From Candidatus Omnitrophota bacterium (GTDB lineage: Bacteria; Omnitrophota; Gorgyraeia; Gorgyraeales; Gorgyraeaceae), in NCBI GenBank assembly GCA_043821705.1, contig JBDRCN010000035.1, positions 43,321 through 107,320 on the forward strand: a stretch of 64,000 nt of DNA, given 5' to 3'. A model generated the notes under the pieces. That model had not been told where the DNA came from. It did no database searches and worked only from the letters and a program-made list of their open reading frames with translations. Below, piece by piece: positions 58,609 to 64,000 of the stretch. The first letter of the stretch is position 1, and every line of letters begins with the position of its first letter. A program made the translations under genes and the position numbers.

Positions 58609-60366
58609 TTAATATTTCTGGAATATGTTGTAGATATTGACGAAACGTTCTATGTTAGGGTCTTCTATCTCCTCATAGTCATCCATATATGCTAAAAATT
58701 CTTTCTGGAGGGTCTTAGAATCTTTCCCGAGTATCTCAAAGAGCCACTCTACATCCTCTGATTCTTCGGTCTTGACCTCTGCTAATTTATTCTGGTACTT
58801 CACGAATTCATCTTTATAGTTATCCATCAAGAAATTCACAAATGCCCAGCTTTGAGCATACATATCGAGCATTATACCTGAATAGACACCTGGAAAACTC
58901 CCAAGCTTATAGTTTGTCAAAAATTCTATAGGATAAGCTGGTCCTTTTCTCAGCATCTCTTGAAATGTATAAAGAAGCATGTCATCTTGCTCTCCTAATG
59001 CAGATGTCTGGCAATAAGTAGCAGTACCTTCTGCAAGCCATGAATTAGCAGCTCTCATATCTATAGGAACATCCTGATTTGACTGCGTCATAAGAGTCTT
59101 AAAAAGTCTTGCTTTCTTCTTAGGGTCTTTTGTCTCAAGAAACTCTTTCTTTCTTCTTACCAAGTCGCTCGTTTCTCCTTTGAATTTAGAGACAATCACG
59201 CTTTGGATCCCCCAATTATGGAACACCTCATGTGCAAATTCATGCCTTAATACACTCATGGTCGAATCCCTGAACATATTTCTATAATAACTGTATGCTT
59301 CCCAGAACTTGTCCTTTATCTTTTTTGCCATGCCTTCTATAAAAATATGATATCTTTTATCGACCATACCCTGTACATCCTCGACGATATCATCTATGGT
59401 TCTCCCAGTCTCCCCTACCCAGGCCTCGAACATAAATTCTGAAAATCTATCTCCTAAAATGTTATACATATATAAAACTCTCTGCTGCGGATCAAAATAT
59501 CCCATAACAGCCCATCCTGGCACACCATCTGAAACAGCGTATTCAATAAAATCACTATAGTCATCAAATATGACCACGAAATTCTGCATCATAGGCTCTC
59601 TGTCTTTAAAGACATCGAAAAACTCAAGATATATATCTGTATATGTCCTTCTCAAAGTACCCTTACATTCCTTTACCCAAGTAGCATATGAATCAGTGAC
59701 TATAGTAAAGTTCCCTTCCGTATAAAATTCCATTTTTGAGAATAATTCCTCTAGATTCCTTCTTACCTTTCTCGTCTCTTCATTATCCACTGGCTTAAAT
59801 ATAATATTTTCTAATTGATCTCTTTCTATCTCTTGTTCAAAACGCGCTTCTTCTTCGCCGCCATAAAGTAAGGTCAACCTATCATCAGTAACATTGATTA
59901 TCTTCGCATCCAATATATTTGTATTTTTTAATCTTATTACAACACTATGCTCATAAGGCCAGTGCTCTGATATCTCTTTATTCGATAGTGTATCTTTTTC
60001 TCTAAGCGCTTCCTCAGGGTCTCCAATACGTTCTACCAGCCCAGCAAATACTATAGTCTCTTCATCTTTATACATGATCCTATATTCATCTTCTGTCTTA
60101 CTGATAAGCTCACCTATTATCATACTTCCATCCTTAAAATGTATAGCGATCTTTTCAAGCTTGTTATCTTTATATCTCTTCTCAAGTATGGCATCGCGTA
60201 TATTATCTTTTATTGAGCTTATAAAACCAGTGACCTTACCTAATGCACTCCAACTTCTAACATAAGGTAATCCTCTCTTCTCATCCTGCCTGAATTCTAT
60301 CAACCTATGGACGCTGCCGCCTATCACCAACAAAGAGATGACTACCACCAATATCTTTTTGACCAT
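58609..60366 (-). CDS. Membrane-anchored or exported zinc metallopeptidase-like protein (DUF1570/peptidase MA-like)
   Basis: N-terminal TM, HEFAH plus WLAEGTATY, YAQSWAFV. Confidence 0.75.
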   Translation of the reverse strand: MVKKILVVVISLLVIGGSVHRLIEFRQDEKRGLPYVRSWSALGKVTGFISSIKDNIRDAILEKRYKDNKLEKIAIHFKDGSMIIGELISKTEDEYRIMYKDEETIVFAGLVERIGDPEEALREKDTLSNKEISEHWPYEHSVVIRLKNTNILDAKIINVTDDRLTLLYGGEEEARFEQEIERDQLENIIFKPVDNEETRKVRRNLEELFSKMEFYTEGNFTIVTDSYATWVKECKGTLRRTYTDIYLEFFDVFKDREPMMQNFVVIFDDYSDFIEYAVSDGVPGWAVMGYFDPQQRVLYMYNILGDRFSEFMFEAWVGETGRTIDDIVEDVQGMVDKRYHIFIEGMAKKIKDKFWEAYSYYRNMFRDSTMSVLRHEFAHEVFHNWGIQSVIVSKFKGETSDLVRRKKEFLETKDPKKKARLFKTLMTQSNQDVPIDMRAANSWLAEGTATYCQTSALGEQDDMLLYTFQEMLRKGPAYPIEFLTNYKLGSFPGVYSGIMLDMYAQSWAFVNFLMDNYKDEFVKYQNKLAEVKTEESEDVEWLFEILGKDSKTLQKEFLAYMDDYEEIEDPNIERFVNIYNIFQKY

Positions 60367-60442
60367 CTTTCCCTCCTTATGCACTAAGTATAATTATATA
60401 GCGCCCAAGCCCCAAAAACAACCTCAAACAACTCTCTGATAA

Positions 60443-60552
60443 AGTTTCAATAGCAGCGGGTGGTCGGCGATTGGGGACCCCGCAAGCGCGCAAGGCAAAG
60501 CCTGAGCACTTGCGGGGTGAATCGGCGGACAGGACCCGCTGCTATTGAAACT
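60443..60552 (+). repeat. Rod-hairpin repeat family 2, copy C
   Basis: Perfect outer IR agtttcaatagcagcggg/cccgctgctattgaaact; core matches copies A and B. Confidence 0.9.
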
Positions 60553-60573
60553 CTAATACTTATCTGCTATACT
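60545..60573 (+). promoter_or_regulatory. Promoter for the GGDEF gene, probably near-leaderless
   Basis: TTGAAA-17 bp-TATACT with extended TGn, 8 nt before ATG 60582; no SD. Confidence 0.6.
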
Positions 60574-60581
60574 ATTTATCT

Positions 60582-61721
60582 ATGGAAAATGACTTTAAAG
60601 AAGGTTATCTTAAGGCGCAGTCAGAGCTTACAATGCTTTATGAGATAGGCAATGCCATGCGCACTACCCTGAACCTCGAAGAGATCCTATATGTAATACT
60701 CACTGCTGTAACCTCTCATACTGGCCTCAGTTTTAACAGGGCTATGCTATTTTTAGTAAATGAAAAAGATAACAAGCTTGAAGGCAAGATGGGCATAGGG
60801 CCGGATAGCGGGCAAGACGCGAATGTGATCTGGGCACATATTAAGAAACATAAACTAGGTCTTGAAGAGCTTATAGATGTCAGAGGCCTGGATCATCTTA
60901 AAATCTCCCAGCTCAATAAAAATGTAAAATCAATAAAGATCCCTATCTCTAATGATCTGGGCATAGTCTCTTATTCAGTGACAGAGGGCATGCCTTTTAT
61001 AATCAGTATCGATGAGATAAAAGACACCCCTGAGTTCGAATATCTGACACTTTTAAATCTAGAACTCTTTGTCACAGTGCCTCTTAAGGCAAGGGATAAG
61101 ATAATCGGCATTATATTCGCTGATAATCTCTTTGATAAAAAACCTATCACAGAAGATGACATACGCATGCTTACAATGTTTGCAAACCAGGCAGGACTTG
61201 CCATAGAAAATTCCAGGCTTTACGAAAGGACTGTCACTCTTTCAAATACAGATTCCCTCACTGGGCTATGGCATCATGGATTTTTCCAATATCTTCTAAA
61301 CCGGGCCATAGAAAATGCACTCTCTGAAAAATCATACTTTAGCTTACTCATGATAGATATAGATAATTTTAAGCAATATAATGATACATACGGCCATCAA
61401 GCTGGCGACAAGATACTGAAGGACATATCAAATATATTTAAAGACGCCTCTAGAAAGATAGACGATGTCGCTAGATATGGTGGTGAAGAATTCTCTGTCA
61501 TCCTACCTGACACTAGAAAAGAAGAAGCCAAGATACTTGCTGAGAGGCTTAGGAAGACTATCGAGAAAAGCCCTAGCCTTCAAGGAATAAAAGTAAGTAT
61601 CGGAGTATCCTCATTCCCAGACGATGCAGAAGTCAAAGAAGAACTTATCCTAAAAGCTGACAAAGCACTGTATAAAGCAAAAAAATCAGGAAAAAACAAG
61701 GTCTGTATAAGCAATATTTAG
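60582..61721 (+). CDS. GAF-GGDEF diguanylate cyclase
   Basis: GAF region, TDSLTGL, DIDNFK, RKID I-site, GGEEF. Confidence 0.95.
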   Translation: MENDFKEGYLKAQSELTMLYEIGNAMRTTLNLEEILYVILTAVTSHTGLSFNRAMLFLVNEKDNKLEGKMGIGPDSGQDANVIWAHIKKHKLGLEELIDVRGLDHLKISQLNKNVKSIKIPISNDLGIVSYSVTEGMPFIISIDEIKDTPEFEYLTLLNLELFVTVPLKARDKIIGIIFADNLFDKKPITEDDIRMLTMFANQAGLAIENSRLYERTVTLSNTDSLTGLWHHGFFQYLLNRAIENALSEKSYFSLLMIDIDNFKQYNDTYGHQAGDKILKDISNIFKDASRKIDDVARYGGEEFSVILPDTRKEEAKILAERLRKTIEKSPSLQGIKVSIGVSSFPDDAEVKEELILKADKALYKAKKSGKNKVCISNI

Positions 61722-61728
61722 TGAGAGA

Positions 61729-64000
61729 TCAGGCTGGTACGTCAGCTGGTTTTTCTTTTTTTGCTTCGTGGAATTTTACACTTACTACTTTCGATATCCC
61801 AGACTGCTGCATAGTTATGCCATACATCACATCTGCCCTATCAATAGTCTTTTTATTATGCGTGATGACAATGAATTGTGAAGTATTTGTAAACATATCT
61901 AGGCTTCTTGAAAACCTATCAACGTTTGATTCATCCAAAGGCGCGTCTATCTCATCCAACACACAGAACGGGCTAGGTTTGACCTTAAATATAGCGAATA
62001 TAAGTGAGATCGCAGTAAGTGCTCTTTCACCCCCTGAAAGCAGGCTCACGTTCTGAAGCCTCTTCCCAGGAGGACGAGCCACTATCTCTATGCCTGATTC
62101 AAGCACATTACCTTCGTCTAAGAGTATAAGTTCTCCCTCGCCACCGCCAAACATCATCTTGAAGAAATTCCTGAATTCGACTTGGATACTCCTAAACGTC
62201 TCTATAAAAAGTTCTTTTGTAGTCTTATTTATCTTGTCTATAGCCTTTAAAAGACTATCTTTTGCCTTCAGGAGGTCATCTCTCTGATTTGTCAAAAACT
62301 GGAACCTATCCTGCAACTCTGTGTGTTCTTCTATAGCTACAAGATTTACAGTGCCCATCAAATCCAGTTTTTCCCTTTTCTCATCGACTTCATTCTTGAG
62401 GGGGTCCAATTCTACATCTTGCCATCCCTCGCCAAGCTCTGTTTCTTTAAGGTCGACTTTATAGACATCCTTCATCCTTTGGCAGAGGTTATCAATACTA
62501 TAGCTCGTCTCCACTTTCTTCAGATCAGCGTTGTGGAAGTTCGATCTCAATCCATTTAGTTCTTCTTCTAATATCTTATAGGACTTATTGATCCTCTCTA
62601 TATTGGATATCAATTCTCTATATACGTTCTCAATTTCAAAAAGCGCATTGTCACTATCTATCTTTTTTGTAGATAGTTCACTTACTCTATTCTCAAGGAT
62701 CGATATATCTCTAGTCAATTCATCCACCTTGATGATCGAGTTCTTTATCTCATTATTTCTAGTCTCCAGGGAAAATTCCAAATCCCTCAATGAAGACTCT
62801 AATATCTGTAATGTACTGGAAAGCCCTTCTTTCTTGCTCTCCAGGGAACCAAGTTCTGTCTTCTGCTCTGCAGTCTCTATGAGAAGTTGTTCTTTCTCTT
62901 TCGCGTATTCATTAAGAAGCACCTCGGATTCTCTTATCCTTGCCTGATTCAACCTGGCTTCATTCTCAGCTTCATCTAAAGAGTTCTTCAGAGTCCCTTC
63001 TTCTCCTTTGAGCCTGGTGAGCTCCTGAGTAACTTCATCCAACTCCAGGTTCACTAATGCTATTTCATCTGAGACAGTCTTTATGTTCTCTTCTAGATGT
63101 TCTCTTCTAGTACTTACATTAGCCAAGAGGATCTCTTTTCCGCCTAAGACACTTGCTAGCCCTTTTATCTCTTCTTCTAGCTTTATTTTTCTAGATTCGC
63201 GATCCAGCTTTTCTTCTTCAAGTCCCTTGGAACGTTTTTCTGCCTCCTCGATAGATATATGAAGCTCTTTTATCCTGGCATCCCTATTTACCAGAGTAAA
63301 TCCTTCTTGCGAGACATCTCCTCCTGAAATAAAACCATTACTTACCATCTCCCCTAAAAGCGTGACAAGCCTGATATTCCCAGAAGAAGCTCTCTCGTTC
63401 AATATCCCGCGGGCTTCTATAAGATTTTTTACAATAAATATATTCTTTAACAGATTCTTTACGATCAAGCTGTAATGTTCGTCAATACGTATAAAGTCCA
63501 CTGCCTTACCTAATATTCTCGAATCGCTGATATCTATATCCTGGCCAAGTTCTCCTGGATCACTAAAAGACGGAGGATGTATAAATGAAGCCCTGCCAGA
63601 AGAATTATCCTTTAAGTAATCTATTGCTTTTTCTGCTGCGATCTTTTCATCTACTACAATAGACTGTAAATAATTTCCGAGTGAAGACTCTATAGCAACC
63701 TCATATCCATTCTCTACACTCAAAAGATTAGCTAAGACATCTTTTATCCCCTCTATGCCGTGCTGGGTCTTGCTTTCGCTCCCTAAAAGCGCCTTTACCC
63801 CAGAAGAAAAACCTTCATATTTTGCCTTTGCCTCTTCCAAGGCTTCGAGCTTGGACATATCTACAGCTAATGTCCTATTAAGTTGCTGAAGATTATCCAC
63901 AACACTTGCTATAGCAAGTGTTGTCTCATCAATGTTCTTAGAGCATTCTTCTTTTTGGCTTCTTATAGAACTGACTTCTTCTTCCAGTCCTCTCTGTTCC
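61729..64000 (-). CDS. smc: Chromosome segregation protein SMC (C-terminal part; 5' end outside window)
   Basis: Hinge region, long coiled coil, LSGGE, LDEIDAPLD, ITH. Confidence 0.97.
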   Translation of the reverse strand, partial: EQRGLEEEVSSIRSQKEECSKNIDETTLAIASVVDNLQQLNRTLAVDMSKLEALEEAKAKYEGFSSGVKALLGSESKTQHGIEGIKDVLANLLSVENGYEVAIESSLGNYLQSIVVDEKIAAEKAIDYLKDNSSGRASFIHPPSFSDPGELGQDIDISDSRILGKAVDFIRIDEHYSLIVKNLLKNIFIVKNLIEARGILNERASSGNIRLVTLLGEMVSNGFISGGDVSQEGFTLVNRDARIKELHISIEEAEKRSKGLEEEKLDRESRKIKLEEEIKGLASVLGGKEILLANVSTRREHLEENIKTVSDEIALVNLELDEVTQELTRLKGEEGTLKNSLDEAENEARLNQARIRESEVLLNEYAKEKEQLLIETAEQKTELGSLESKKEGLSSTLQILESSLRDLEFSLETRNNEIKNSIIKVDELTRDISILENRVSELSTKKIDSDNALFEIENVYRELISNIERINKSYKILEEELNGLRSNFHNADLKKVETSYSIDNLCQRMKDVYKVDLKETELGEGWQDVELDPLKNEVDEKREKLDLMGTVNLVAIEEHTELQDRFQFLTNQRDDLLKAKDSLLKAIDKINKTTKELFIETFRSIQVEFRNFFKMMFGGGEGELILLDEGNVLESGIEIVARPPGKRLQNVSLLSGGERALTAISLIFAIFKVKPSPFCVLDEIDAPLDESNVDRFSRSLDMFTNTSQFIVITHNKKTIDRADVMYGITMQQSGISKVVSVKFHEAKKEKPADVPA

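Noticed and set aside
183-62947. Many 60-230 aa plus-strand ORFs in the track
   Set aside because: They are antisense shadows of well-identified minus-strand genes with no motifs; only 60582-61721 is credible on +

Overview
Core-chromosome window from a low-GC bacterium, with almost all genes on the minus strand. Gene content and protein style suggest the PVC superphylum, possibly Candidatus Omnitrophota (inference, not verified). It contains mreB-mreC-mreD, aroA, an ECF sigma/anti-sigma/spoVG unit, rluD, hom-thrC, tRNA-Pro(GGG), gpsA, ileS-dksA-lspA, mtnP, proC, a dcw cluster from mraZ to ftsA with no ftsZ, rbfA-nrnA-truB-ribF, an ~18.5 kb surface-glycan cluster (GDP-heptose route), a GGDEF protein and the 3' part of smc. 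The most unusual signal is non-coding. At least five families of small structured elements recur in intergenic gaps and inside genes: a multi-stem element with a conserved core (3 copies), a rod hairpin (3), a twin hairpin (2), a 30-bp GAA/GTA mini-hairpin (2), and heptamer arrays or palindromes. They show compensatory base changes, nest precisely in one another without target duplication, and have no cognate transposase in the window.
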